A model generated the notes under the pieces. That model searched no databases. It was not told the DNA's origin and saw only the letters and a list, made by a program, of their open reading frames with translations. Made by a program: the position numbers and the translations under genes. Source: the human T2T-CHM13v2.0 reference genome, Homo sapiens. Taken from it: a DNA stretch of 64,000 nucleotides. How positions within the stretch are numbered: position 1 is the stretch's first letter; each line of letters starts with the position of its first letter. Positions 1 to 13,899 of the stretch are shown here, in pieces. The stretch lies in NCBI RefSeq assembly GCF_009914755.1, contig NC_060937.1; one strand, 5' to 3'.

Positions 1-2039
1 TATTGTTTTTGCATAGTAAAGGGGAGTCCTGGTTAACTTGGATGCCCAGTCAAATATCTCTATGCACTCTATTCTTTAAATAAAGAGATTAAGTTGACTG
101 GAGAGGCTAGTGAAAAGTGGAGATCTTTCATCCAAAAATATGAAAGATACTAAAATTAGTTAATCACACAAATTTTAAAGTAGTGAAAAGCCAGAGATCA
201 CAAACAGTGTCTGAAATGTTTGCCAAAGCCAAAAGGTTAGGAACTGACACTGAAGGCCAGATTAAAGTACCAGATATTTGTATGCCTATGGGGGCATAGT
301 CTGTGGGAGGGTTGGCTTCATATGAAGGGGTAGAGGTAGGATAGATATCTTAGGTGAAAATACATACAAGAACATGCATTTCTAGACTCAGTGCTCTAGA
401 TATGATAACCGTGGTGAGTACTAACAAAATATAGTTAGTCATTTACATATTACTTATGTTCAGCCAAACTGATAACGTTTTTAAAAGAGTTACATCAAAC
501 AATAACTCCCGAAAAGCACGTCATCTCTATCTACTCCCCTCCCCCATATATTGTCAGATATTTTTCACAGTGATATTTTTGACTTAGGTCTTTTATTTTT
601 TTAATTTTGTTTTAATTTATATAATGTATTTGTGAATTTAAATCAAATAATGTAATCTTTTTTCTTTATTGTTATTTGTTTTTTGCTCACTTTCTATAAT
701 ATTAAATCTCTCTGACTTACTGCAGTGATGACAAGATAAGAGCTTTAAAGAGTTTTAAAGGTAGAACCGTTTTTCTTTCTTTAGATCAAATAATATATTT
801 TGCAGGGTTTTGCAAATATTGCTGGGGATTTTCCTCCAGCTTTTCTGATGTAAGTCATTAAATTGACCTCAAGAAAAGAGAATTTGTTCTTTTATTCTGG
901 AAGCCGTTTCAGTATTTTGATAGACAGATAAAGTCTTTGTATTTTTCTAGAATTCTGGTCTATTTCCATATACTCAGGTGTTAATGAATTGAGATAATTC
1001 TGTTACGTCAGCTGTGGCCACAATTCTTATCCTGTGCTGTGTTTTGTGTTAGCAACTAGCAAGACTAAGCTCCAGCTACCCACAGTGGTTTGGTGATTTG
1101 CTTGATGATGCATCCTTTATTGATGGGGGCTTACTTCCAATTTTACTCATCTACTCCTCTAATGATGTTTCTTGATTTTCTTCCCAAGTATACTACTTCT
1201 GTTTGTATGCTCGTTTTAACATCTGCATCTGAGAGGTGAAAACTAAACCTGCCACCGTTTTCAAATTTTTTTTATGTGGCAATAACTCAATAGCCCTAGT
1301 ACTTTATTTTCATGGTTCTCACCTAGGAGATTATCCAATTAGAACACTGTAAAGTCATTAAAATCCAAAAGCTAATGGAAATGGTCAGTGTAGACAGCAC
1401 ACTGTTGCCTATAGGCAGGAGTATTTGCAAGGACATAGAGAAAATCCTATGAGAAGAGGAATATACATCTCATTCAGATGCACAATTCATATACATAAAT
1501 GGTATATGGGTGGATGAAACTAGCCTTGACCTGCCATCATTATCCTTTAAAGTAGTTAACAGAGTAGGAGAGAAACTCATAGCATTATACTGGAAGAAAC
1601 ATTTACCTCTCAAATATAGTCTGGTTCAAATATTGTCTGACCCAGTAGAGACTTATTAGAATATATCATCTGATTTTGTAAGCCCCACTATAGATTAAAT
1701 TTATCACCAAGTGGACCTAGAATAACTTTAGCTCTAGGTAGCATCCACTTAAGAGGGGTCTGAGTATAGGGGAGTCAGGAATGATATGTGATCCGGCTCT
1801 GCAACACTGCTAAATACCATGCATTCATAGGTACTGTCTCTGCTAGAAAGAGAACAGTCAGTCTCTCAAGAACAACAGACACCCAACTTAGCATCTTTGT
1901 AAATATGTACCTCACTAGCTTTCATTATAGTGCAAGTTTATACATACATACACATGCATATGTGTTGTGTGTGTATTTTGAAAGATCTACATGTTCACTA
2001 ATTGCTAAACCTAATTAAATGCATAGTAGTTATTAATTA

Positions 2040-2170
2040 CCAAAATCTTACTTTCACAGATCAAAAAACCAAGGCTGAAAGAGGTAAAAATGTGGCCTAA
2101 AGTCTAACCTGCTCGCTCACTGCGTTATACATCCTCTCGGGACTTCTGTCTGTATTTTCAAATCTCAATA
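2040..2170 (-). mobile_element. MIR SINE fragment
   Basis: ttactttcacagatcaaaaaaccaaggctgaaagaggtaaa resembles the MIR core (ttttacagatgaggaaactgaggctcagagaggttaa); boundaries approximate. Confidence 0.55.
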
Positions 2171-3859
2171 CTCATATAAACTTCCAAAATGTGGTACATA
2201 CAGCAAGGAAGTTCAAAGATTTCTAACTTTAAATCAGCACCTCAAGGCAAAACAAATTTCTGCAATAATTTAACTGATAATAAAACAATAACAAGAATGC
2301 ATCCCAAAAAGGTGTAGTAATTAGTATTAGTGTACCCAAAGAGCCATGTGAATTATTCTGTGTGATGAATGTTATCCCACAAAACACAAACAAGGTAATT
2401 TGGGAACTTTAGCAATAACCAAGACAAAGCAATGAAGAATATGTTGACTTTTTATTTTTCACTTTTTTTTTGTAGAATCAGTCATCTGCTTATTTTTCTC
2501 TTTCTATTTGAAGTAAAATAAATACTTTTCTAGTTCAGTCTCACATTACTTCCATTCAGAGTTTCAGAGATAGTTCAATCTGAAAGTGGCCTTTGAAGAA
2601 ACCACATATCTAGTGAAATGCTCCAGCCCTTTTCAGAAATAGTCTCAGAGTCTTTGTAAATGTCAAAGGAGAGCCACAAATCTCAAACAGTTGCCAAAAC
2701 CAGAATATCTCTGAATGTCACAATGATGCTTGGTACATGTCTACCATACAGGGCTTTTTTTGTGGGTGTCAAATTCTGTCAGGTTCATCTCAAAGAAGCA
2801 TAACATTTTAGGAGAGGATTTAAGAGGTTTAGGGTAAGATAATACTTATGTTTTGCATGGGTCAACAGTTACTGCAGTTGAACATGATCAGGTTGAATAG
2901 AGGCATGTTGGCGCATTTCAATTGCAGAGAGGTTTTCAAATGATTTTAATTTTTCCCCATAAAGCTATGATTAATCATGTTTTCATGCTGTCTACTTAAG
3001 TAACAAGAAAGTAACTATTTCCATTTTTAATTCTAAGTCATTGGTGAGTTTTTGACATTTTATTTAGTGACATGGGTTAATTTCATACTCACCAAGATAG
3101 CTTCATAATTGAGACACATTGGGTTACTATAGCAGCAAGCTAGTATTTTTAATAAAAACTAGGGACCCTACTGTTACTCCCTATAATGAGATAACAAATT
3201 TAACCCGTGACACTATTTTATCATGTGATTTACAAAGTTTCACAGAGAAATATAGATATCTGCTCTAATGGCTTGTTATTTGAATAACACAAAATATAAA
3301 TGCTTGAAACATTTTAAAATTTGTTTTTAACTGAGGTATTACTTTGAGTTGTAAACATTTTTTCTTTTAGGTTTTATTTAGCTGTTTTTGTGTGTGAGTC
3401 TATTGCTTTAAGTGTTTATTCAAATATATATGTTTTTAAAGGCATTTTTATGAGTGCTATTTTGATTATTTCTTTTGATTCATTGTAAGTTTTGCCTATT
3501 ACAGGGTATCCTAAATTTGTATTCAAGCTTTTAATACTTTATATTGTTTATTTCTTTCATGTTTTCTACTTTCTAAAATTTCAACTGAATCCTTTCTAAA
3601 ATTAAACTGTGTAACACACAGTTTTAAAATAAAAACTTATATTTCACCATATCTATTCCATTTCTGATCTTCTTTTTTCTAACAAGGATATCTTTTAACT
3701 CCTCACATTTCTACTTCCCACTATAAAAACCCTTCCTTTTAAAGCTTATTATAATGGTTTTTCCACAAAACTTACTTGATACTTCAGGTTCCACATAACT
3801 TTTCCTTTGAAATAAATGTCTATATTGTACAAGTGACCCTTCCTATTACCAATTAGAAT

Positions 3860-4000
3860 GAAATCTGATCCCTCCTTTCCTTGGTAGGGCAGGAACCAAT
3901 TGTTAAATATCGTCATATCTCACCATAATGCAGTACCTAATATAGTACCTAATACCAAGGTTAGCATATAACAGATGTTCAATATAATTTTGAAAGCAAG
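3860..4000 (+). mobile_element. L2 LINE 3' end fragment
   Basis: gggcaggaacc...agtacctaat...gcatataacagatgttcaatat resembles the L2 3' terminus. Confidence 0.45.
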
Positions 4001-4039
4001 ATTGGTTGCCTTCATTTTATGGGTATAGTGTTTCCTATT

Positions 4040-4688
4040 TGGAGACTACATTTTACATTTTTCGTTACAATTGCTTCTGACCGTGTGACTGAATTCTTGC
4101 CAATGGATTGGAACAGAATTGCTTTAGAGAATTTCACATTTACTTTCTTAAAGAGAAATCCCTCCTCCTGACTATGTCTCATCCTCCCAGGACAGAGAAC
4201 TAGAATCCCTTGGGGATAATGGAGAAAGTATTAGAAGCAACTGAACAACTAAAAAGTGAAGTCTCTTCTTTTTTTAATTTTATTTTTTAAACTTGCATAG
4301 GGATAAATGTACATATTTATGGAGTACATAGTGAGTTTCATTACATAAAGTGTACAGTGATCAAATTAGGATAATTAACATGTTCATGTTCATCCCCTCA
4401 AACATTTATCATTTGTTTGTGTTGGCAGCATTCAAAATTGTCTCTTCTAGCATTTGAAAATATGTAATAAATTTGTTGTTGACTATAGTCACTCTACAGT
4501 TGTATAGAATACTAGGAGAGAAACAAAGCCTCTTCTTGGATTTACAATACATACTTCAGTATTATTGTTTGAAAAACAACAACAATAACAAAACCTTATT
4601 TTGGTTCATTAACTGTTGTTTTATTGGGTCTTTCCCACTCTCTCTCTCTCTTTTTTTTTTAACATTAGCCTAGTCTTAACCTAATAAA
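4040..4688 (+). mobile_element. Old MaLR LTR (MLT1J-like), split by an L1MA fragment
   Basis: gaccgtgtgactgaattcttgccaatgga at the 5' part and ...gcctagtcttaacctaata at the 3' part; highly diverged. Confidence 0.4.
4271..4525 (-). mobile_element. L1MA-type 3' end fragment (5'-truncated)
   Basis: T-rich tail, then tgtacatatttatggagtacatagtg...ctcaaacatttatcatt...gactatagtcactctac; flanked by probable TSD aagtctcttctt (4259-4270) / aagcctcttctt (4526-4537). Confidence 0.8.
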
Positions 4689-5360
4689 TTTATTTAATAA
4701 AATAAATTGATGAATTTGAAGTTTTCAGTAAGTGTTTTACATTTTTTAACATCCATATATGCACTTATTTTATATATCCTGATTTACTATCACACGCTCA
4801 GAGGGTCTACATAGAATTATCATTTCGGGTTTGATAACACACATGCACAAGGCATGTTTAAAAATCTGTAAAGAAGCCAGAATATTAGGAAATGAAATAT
4901 TAGGAAACTAAAGAATAGACCATTTTATAGCGTCTTAGTTGGAAATATGGTAATCTTTAAAATTATTCTGTAAAACCACTAGAAAACCTGAAATTGTAAA
5001 TACCCATAAGCTACTAACATAGGAACAATTTTATGTGAGAAAAAGGTCAAAAACTTATTTCTTCAAATATCATTTTTGTTAAAAAGCAGACAGTGATTTG
5101 GAAAGATTTTTAAAAATCATATATTACGTTTGTTTTTCAGCATTTAATATTGCATTTTTACAAAGTCCTGATTTAATGGCATATAATCAGCTCAATGATA
5201 TTCATCTTTTAAATGCTTTACTAATATTAACAAATTTTCCCTCAGAAGAACACTCCATATAATTATAAGACAATGAAACTAAACAAGCAACCTAATATTT
5301 TATTTACCACAAATAAATAATCTTGGGCATGAGTAATAGCTTTTCATCAAGTAATGCCCA

Positions 5361-5729
5361 TGTTATGGAGTGGATATTTGTGTTCCTCCCACCAAAAAAA
5401 TTAAAGTTTGAAATCCTAATCCCCGATGTGATATTAGGAGGTGGAGCATTTGGGAGGTAATTAGGTCGTTAGGGTAGACCCTTTAGGGATGGGATTATGG
5501 ATCTCATAAAAGAGAGCCCAGAAAACTCTCTAGCTGTCTCTTTCCACCACATGAAGACAGGGCAAGAAGTAGAGACTGCTACCCTAAAGAAGACCTCACC
5601 AGAGCACAGCCTCGCTGGCACCTGAATCTCAGACTTCCAGCTTCCGGAACTGTGAGAAATCAGTATCTGTGGTTTATAAGCTATTCCGTTTATGATACGT
5701 TGGCTAAGCAACCTGAATGGACTAAGAAA
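5361..5729 (+). mobile_element. MaLR solo LTR (MLT1A/A0-like)
   Basis: Starts tgttatgga, contains gaaatcctaatcccc and gctggcacctgaatctcagacttccagcttccggaactgtgagaaat, ends gaatggactaaga. Confidence 0.85.
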
Positions 5730-6130
5730 ACCTACTTTTTAAATAAAATATAACACACAGCAAATTTAATGATGAATTTTTTTTTTAGTTTCACATCACT
5801 GATATCTGAAATTTCATCAGCTGTCTCTAAAACATTCTTCATCTATTTCTATGCTGAAAGAAAAGGAAAAAAGAAAGTTAAATTATGAATCATAAACCTA
5901 TCAGATAAATTTAGTCATAATAGATCATCTTCCTAGTTCATACGTTTTCATTATTTTATCCAAGTATGCTTATGTTAATATTAAATGTATATGTGTACTA
6001 GACACTCTGTTGCCTGAGTAGTTTGTTTTGCTTGAACTATAATTATATTATAAAGTACATATTTGGTGGTCACATGTACATGAAGCTGACATAATTATAG
6101 AGTACTATCATGGAAATACATAGATCTTAA

Positions 6131-6517
<387 letters not shown>

Positions 6518-7636
6518 TTATTTTCCAATATCTTCTTTGAAGTTTTGCTTTTTGCTTCTTGGTACCTCAGCTGAAACTTCTAGTGTAAGATTTTGTTATA
6601 TTACAAAGATGTTGTCCCAATAAAGGGAAAGGAACAAAGGATCTGTATAAATCTAATGATATTTATCTAATGAACATTTTGGTAAATTATTCAATAGAAA
6701 GAAATAAAAAGGAAGAGCCAGAGTGACAGAGGAGTTAGAAAGGAGCAGGAAGACCACTGAATTATTGTTTTTCCCTATACTACCTCAACCTTTTATTGTC
6801 CCATTCTTAAATAATACTGTAGAAATAAATCAGCAATTGTCTCCCTGATAGATGATTGTCTCAAACGATAATTAGAATGTCTGTTGACATAAGGTCAAAT
6901 CTAAGAGATGACTCTGAATTATGCTCATCGAAAGCCAAGTTGACTCATATTTTCAGATTGTAAGAGAAACTCATTTAATTATGGATAAGAAGAACAATAC
7001 CAGCACACATGTAGATGCACACATACCCACAGATGTCCTTGAGAACTCAGCAAAATAAAGTGGGCAAAGTAGCCAAAAGTATAATAAGCGTATCTTTCGG
7101 GAAAAAATAATAGTTCTTCATAGATTCCTGCTTAAAACATAATAGACATGTATATGATTTTGGTTCCAGACACTAGATCCTCAATTCAAATTGGCTGGGG
7201 AAAAATTACTTTTTCATATAAATTATGATCTTTTTGTTTAATGTGGTTAGCTAGCATATTCTCTCAACCAATGGTTCTTGAATCATATTGGAGAATTCTT
7301 AAGAGTACTGGGAAGCATTAATCCTTTTCCTTGATCGCCAAGTTGATAAAAACCAGTTTAAGCTTCCTGATTACTTGCCAATTGAATGTGAGTCTGTCTC
7401 GTTTTTTTATGATGTCTATGAGGATGGGATGAAATCACTGAATGAGGAAGAAAACCAGAGGTTTTGGAATGTTCTAAAACATAAAGCTACTGGTCAAAAT
7501 CTTAAAATTGTTTTTATAATAAGAATCGAATAAGTGGCTGCCTGTATAAAGTCTTGAGAATTTTCATCTCAAAATCATTTCCCTAATTGGAATAAGTCAG
7601 TGAAAGATTCTATTAAATGAACCTAATATTTAGGAT

Positions 7637-8080
7637 ATGATGGTCTTTGAATCTGTCATTTGCTAGGCAACAGTCCTCGGCTGTAAAATCAAACACTAAT
7701 CTAGGTATTGCTCTGAAGGTATTTTGTAGATGTAATTAAAGCTCATAAATAGTAAAGGATATACTAACTAAGGGAGATTACCCTAGATAATCTAAGTTGG
7801 GCTGATTCAATCAGTTAAATGACCTTAAAAGTAGAGCTGAGGCTTCGTCTATGAAAAAGAAACTTTGTTGATGAATAAGGACTTTAGCCCTGTTGATGAA
7901 TAAGGACTTTAGCCCGTGCCCAGGAATTTTGGAATGCCCTTCCTGTTGGTCTGCCCTATGAATATGGGGCTTGCCTAATCAGCCCCTATACTCACATAAG
8001 CTAATTCTTTACAATAAACATTTTAATATATCTCCCCTGCTAGTTTTGTTTTTTTTCTGATTGAACACTTGACAGTTACA
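7637..8080 (+). mobile_element. ERV-L 5' LTR (MLT2-type)
   Basis: tcaaacactaatctaggtattgctctgaaggtattttgtagatgt typical of MLT2; AATAAA near 8013; ends ...gttaca directly before the PBS. Confidence 0.8.
7866..7915. repeat. Perfect 25-bp tandem duplication
   Basis: tgttgatgaataaggactttagccc x2. Confidence 0.95.
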
Positions 8081-11063
8081 GGTTTTGGTACCAGCAGTGG
8101 TCCTAGAGGAACAAAGTATTAAGAATAAATTTTGTGAATTTATTCTGGCTCTTCTGGCATTGGTTCACTAATTCAATTTATGATAAAGTCACTAATAATT
8201 CAAATTCCAGTGGTAAAGAGACCATTGGTAGTTCATGGCATGATGTAGCAATAGAGATATACAAAATATAGCCTACTTAAATACCTATAGCGACCACGTA
8301 TTTGCTAAGTTAGAACATTTTAGTCAAACTAGAATATATAATAAAATTGGATTGACTAACTGCTCTAAATTACATTGGAAAAAGTTGAAAAAAATGAGTT
8401 CAGGGTTTCAAATTCCCAGATCAATATTTGCATAAAACACCTGAAATAATCTATGTCTGCCTCTAAATAAATTCTTATTAAAGAAGATTCAGAGTTGAAA
8501 TTTCTGAAAAGCAAACACAAAGTTTCAGCCTGCAAGTCATTGAATTACAACACACATTGAATTCTCATTTTCTCAGGTGTTTTTCCATCAAGTGTGGGTA
8601 TTGTTTGGGAAGGAATGGAATGGAAAAAATAAAATGAGGACAAATAGGAAGATCCCAATAAAGCTGGGAAAATCAAATATTTAATTTATCTGAGTCTTCT
8701 TTAGTAGTAAAAGTAGCCCTTTCATCCCTATGAAAGGAAGTTAATTCTCCTTTGCCTAAAAACCTGTAAGAGACTTCTTTGAAGAAGTTTCCTGGCAAGG
8801 CAGGCCCTGCTGATTATCTTCAAGATCTACCTCCACAACCCCTCTTTACTTCTAGACATATAAATAGACGCTAGTCCTAGCAGACCCCTAAAAATAAGGC
8901 ACAATTTATGTTCTATGGGAACATGTATTGCATAACAAAGGAACTGCATCCATTTTTTTCAATTTATATAGAAAGAAATTTGGGGAATGTATATAGAAAG
9001 GGATCTTAGGAATGTTGACTCATAGTGGAAAAAATATAAGGTTGGATCAGGTCCAATTTATTGAAACAGGCCCTCTAAGTTGAGATTCTGCATTTAATGT
9101 TTTAGCTTGAGGGGTTAGAAGGGGTGCCAATAGTCCACCTGCCTGCTTGGCAGAAACATTAACCCAATTGTAGCCAACACTAAATAAAGTTGAAATGCCA
9201 GAATTACCTTAGTATTTTGTGGAAGAAAGTATCCAGAGACTTAGGGAGATTGAAATGTTATCTTTCAAGTCCTGTTTACTCAAATTACAAGATTCCAGAA
9301 GACACACTTTTTACCATGAGAGTGAGAAATACATTTTCGAGGGAACACTGGAATCCTGGAATCATTCTGGTTGCTTGTCTCTGTAGATCAGAAATTATAG
9401 TTGGAACTGCTATAATTAAAGCTGGATCCACAACACAGTGGGGACAATGAGATCCTAGACTGGCAGGGGTCAAGTAGTGCCACTTAATTAACAAAGACAA
9501 GGGTGTGCTTATCATAATGAACAGTGAACACAAAGCAGTTGTCAGAATAGTTTGACTCACAGATACCTATAGAATTGGCCAGATGATCATAGTATCCATA
9601 AAAATATATACGTAGGCCGTCTATTAAATTCTTACATGATCTGTACAGATAGGGAGTTGTAGGTCGAGTGGACATAAGTTTAACTAGAATAACAAAAACA
9701 GAGTCAAAACCTCTCCAGTCAATTTCTAGATATAAACTAGTTTATTAACTCAGAATACCTTGAATACAGAGGAGGTTGGGCCTTTTTAAGGGAGGACCCC
9801 ATTACTCTGCTAAAATATTATATGATTAGTCCTTTTTTTAGACTTCCCCAAAAAGACTTACACCATCTACCAGGGTGACTGTACATTGGTTGGAGGAACA
9901 TAGACTTTCCAGGAGTTGCCAAATACTGGCTCTGTTCTGACTCTAATTCCTATAGCCTCAAAACATCACTGGGCTCACTCAGTCAGAGTAGGGGGTTACT
10001 ACATAGGTCAAGTGATGAATAAGGTTTTAGGTTAGGTCCGTCTTAAAATGGTTGTAGTGGCTCTCCAAACACATGTATTGATTATTTCTACATTTCTGGA
10101 ATACATAATTGGAATAAAACTACTCAGCAATAGGCAGAATCTCCATATTGGTTCCCTAACTGTGTAGTTAGAGCTATTTTGGTAGACAAGGCAAAATGGA
10201 AGCCACTAGAACTTCCTTTACCTACCAAAATGTTGACCAAAAGCAATGCCATATTCTTCAACGGATTGTGGAGATTAGTGCCACCAAAGAGGATTTAAAA
10301 GATGCAGGGATGGTGATTCTACCACATCAGCATTTAACTTGCGTATTTTTCTTATGCAGCGATCAGATTTTAGAGAATGACAAAAGAGTATGGTAAGTTT
10401 AATTATGTGGTGACTCCACAGTTTACATTATGAATGGCTTCATTGTTTCAGAAAATTAACATTTCTTTGGTACCTGGTATGTTGTTACTGATCTGGTATT
10501 TTTAAAATATACCTATTAGTAGCCACCAAAATTGATTTGCTTTCAGCTGACAAGCCATCAATATACCTTCACTATTTTACCTTAAGGGTATATCAGTAAG
10601 CAAGTCTTCTGTTCTCATTTAGTCCACAAGGGTTGTCTTTCTCTTCCACAAGATACCATAGCAGTTCATTATATTGATGCTATTATGCTGATTGGACCTG
10701 GTGAGCACTAAATAACAATTAGTCTAAATGTATGGGTAAGGCATTTATGTGTCAGAAGGTGGGAGGTAAATCACTCAAAAATTCAAGGGCCTTCCATCTC
10801 AGTAAAATTTCTGAGTCCAGTGGTCCAGGGCATTATGAGGTATTCCTTCTAAGGTGAAAAATAGGTTGCTACATCTGGCTCCTCTTGCAACTGAAAAAGA
10901 AGCATGACACCTAGTGGGCCTCTTAGGATTTAAGAGGCAATATAGCCCTCATTTGGTTATGATAAAGCAAGCTGTTTCAAAAGTGACCCCAAAAGCTGCA
11001 AGCTTTGAGTAGGGCCCGGAACAAGAGAAAACGTCCAGGCTCCCATGCAAACTGCAATAACTA
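8081..11063 (+). mobile_element. ERV-L internal region (decayed gag-pro-pol), 3'-truncated
   Basis: Begins like HERV-L int (ttttggtaccag..gtggtcctagaggaaca); protease-like NTGSVLTLIP near 9920-9950; RT motifs YTFTILP*GYI (~10562-10594) and HYIDAIMLIG (10667-10696); many stops and frameshifts. Confidence 0.85.
8086..8100 (+). promoter_or_regulatory. Retroviral primer-binding site (tRNA-Leu)
   Basis: tggtaccagcagtgg 5 nt after the LTR end; matches ERV-L PBS TGGTACCAGGAGTGG with one mismatch. Confidence 0.75.
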
Positions 11064-12589
11064 TTCGTGATAAATGTATCTCAGATATCAAAATAAGCTA
11101 ATATTTTGAGGAGGCAATAAAAGTTACAACTTCTTATAAATTTTGTAATATTAGTCAAATATGGAGATTTTCCTGTTGTAAGTTTGTTAATGTTGAATGC
11201 TTCTTTATACACCTCAGAAGATAATTAAAAATGCAAATTGATAATATGTTTGTTGCTATTATTTCTGCATATTACATCTTATCATGGGCAGGTGACTATA
11301 TGCTTTTTATGACTATACTCAAACAAATGACAGTTGCTTTCTGCCTTTTTACGTAAAGATTTTAAAATAAATGATTTATTGAAATATCACTTTTTTTTTG
11401 CTTGTAGTGGATTCTGATAAAAAAATGTTCATGCTGTGTGACTTTGAAAATACCCTTTACTGGCAGCCAGCCTTTATTACAGCATTACTGTTTGCTGGCA
11501 TTAAACAACACAATCAGGGGCCAATTTAAAGTCTAGAAATCAATCTATTTGAGATTAAGAGGCTCCCTATATGGCAATTATTCCCTTAGATGAATATACA
11601 ATCTTTATTGTTCCATAAATTTTGCTTAGCTTAAATCATAGAAGCACTTATGTATATTACATCACTGTAGATAACATTTTATGTAGAATTTTCCAAAAAG
11701 GAACTTTGCTATATCTCATAATATCTAGTGATTTAAAACATTCATATTACAAGTCATTCCAACATGCTACATTGGAATGTGATGAGAGGACTGAAAGGAA
11801 CACCACAGTCAAGGTATTATATATCTTATATAGATGAGTTTATTAAGTAGAGATAAAATGTACTTTTACAGGGAGATTCACAGAATTTGATAAGTACTAC
11901 ATTTCCATTTCCAATAAGCTCAGTATTGAATCTTTTTCAGCATTTCTCTAGGATTCTGGAACAGAATATACTATTTCAACATTTGAATTTAGAAAGGGTA
12001 TTATTTATATTAGAATTAAATTTTGTTAGTGACTAAAATAATTATTACTTCTCCATTAAAGAAGTTATTCTTATCTCAGCTTTTGCTTTGAAATTATACA
12101 CTAAGTATTAAATACAAAGAAAACAATGTGAATATTTCTAAACTTATTTTTGTGTGGTTAAAAGTACAAGGAATCCATTAAAGACATTAAAGACATTTAT
12201 TCATAATACATAATACATAATAGCTCAATCCTTAAAACATGTGTTCCACAAACCACTGCCATTGTTGCAACTTTACTGTTTTGATAAGCTTATCTACCAA
12301 ATCTGAATTCCTAATTGTTTCATGAGGAAATGAAGACATTGGTGCCAATAAGAATAAAATGGAAGAAAAGAAATACATGCTATAGAAAAGCAGTATCATG
12401 ACATATTTATAGGCCTTCCCACCCTGCCTCATATGGCTTTTTGTGCTGATTCACAGAATTTGATTATACATTAAAGAAGCTGGAGAACACATTTGGCATT
12501 CTTAGATAAAAATTAAAAAAAAAAGTCTTTATCTTAATCTCTTTATGCAGGCACACAGGAATGCTACATGAAAATTAACATGCCAACCA

Positions 12590-13085
12590 ATCAAAATTTA
12601 AATTATGAATCTTCACCTCAAATAAGCTCTCAATTATTCCCAACAATATTTTAATTACCTCCCCTTTTGTACAGTCTCTCTGCCTTCCTAGAAAATAATT
12701 CCACACCCTACTATCCAACACCTCCTCCCTATTATCATTCTCAGATGATGAATTTGCATCTACTTCCAGAATAAAACTTCCCTGACTCCTTCTACCACCT
12801 CTACCTCTATCCATATACCCTGCTGTTTTTGCTGATACTATGAAGCTGTCCATTCTCCAGTCTAATTCAACCCCTCCATATGTGCAGGAGATCCCATACA
12901 TTGTAGCTTATGCAAATAAATTTTACCACTATGCATCATATTTCCCCTCTTCTCTGGATTATTCCCTTCTGCATACAAACATTCAGACTTACATTGTTTT
13001 CCCACCTTAAATATTTTCTTGACTCTACTATGACTTCTTTGTTTATGATAACAATAATCCCATTTCTCTGCTTCTCAACGTGAAG
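12590..13085 (+). mobile_element. L2 LINE ORF2 fragment
   Basis: ttctcagatgatgaatttgcatctacttccagaataaaa and cctccatatgtgcaggagatcccat match the L2 body. Confidence 0.6.
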
Positions 13086-13192
13086 GTCTTATATACAGTG
13101 CCTACATTAAAATTGTACTTTATAAATACACAACTAGATTAAAAGTAAAAGAATAGAATAACATAAACTATGCCAGTACTAATGAAAATAAA

Positions 13193-13417
13193 CCAGCCTG
13201 GGCAAAATGGCAAGATCCGATCTCTAAAAAATATAAAAAACATTACCCAGACATGGTGGTGTGCACCTGTGCTTCCTGCTACTAGGAAGGCTGAGGCAGG
13301 AAGATCACTTAAGTCCAGGAGTTCACAGCTGCAGTGAGTTGTGTTTGCAATCCAGCCAGACTGGGTTACAGAGTAAACTCCTGTCTCAAAAAATAAATAA
13401 ATAAAAATAAAAATAAT
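13193..13417 (+). mobile_element. 5'-truncated Alu (AluJ-like)
   Basis: ccagcctgggcaaaatggcaaga...gaagatcacttaagtccaggagttc...gctgcagtgag, A-rich tail. Confidence 0.9.
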
Positions 13418-13419
13418 GG

Positions 13420-13717
13420 GGCTTGTCACAGTGGGTCACACCTGTAATCGCAGCACTTTGGGAGGCCGAGGCAGTCAGATCACATGAGACCAGGAGTTCT
13501 AGACCAGTCTGGCCAACATGGTGAAACCTTGTCTCTACTGAAAATGCAAAAATTAGTTTAGAGTGATGGTGCATGCCTGTAGTCCCAGCTACTCAAGAGG
13601 CTGAGGTGAGAAATCGCTTGAACTCGGGGGATGGAGGTTGCAGTGAGCCAAGATCGTGCCACTGCACTCCAGCCTGGGCAACAGAGCAAGACTCCTTCTC
13701 TGAATAAATAAATAAAT
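13420..13717 (+). mobile_element. Full-length Alu (old AluS/Jb-like) in the tail of the preceding Alu
   Basis: Complete dimer with (AAAT)n tail; aaaataat on both sides (13410-13417, 13721-13728). Confidence 0.93.
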
Positions 13718-13899
13718 TTGAAAATAATAGAGCACAGTGGTTATTTAATATCAGAGATGGTAGATTTCAGAATAAAAAATGTTACTGGGAATAAAAAGGC
13801 TCATTTCAAAATGACAAAGGGGTTGATTCACTAAGAACCAATAACAATCTTAAACATTTATATACCTAATAACAAAGCTTTTCACCTTCAGTGTGAAAT

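Larger units (their letters stand above)
13090..13882 (+). mobile_element. Old L1M ORF2 endonuclease-region fragment, interrupted by two Alus
   Basis: agattaaaagtaaaagaatag...atgccagtactaatgaaaa before the Alus and atatcagagatggtagatttcaga...aatcttaaacatttatatacctaataaca after them are colinear L1 EN sequence. Confidence 0.7.

Noticed and set aside
1-1900. Possible very old L1M or LTR-internal remnants
   Set aside because: Too diverged to assign by eye
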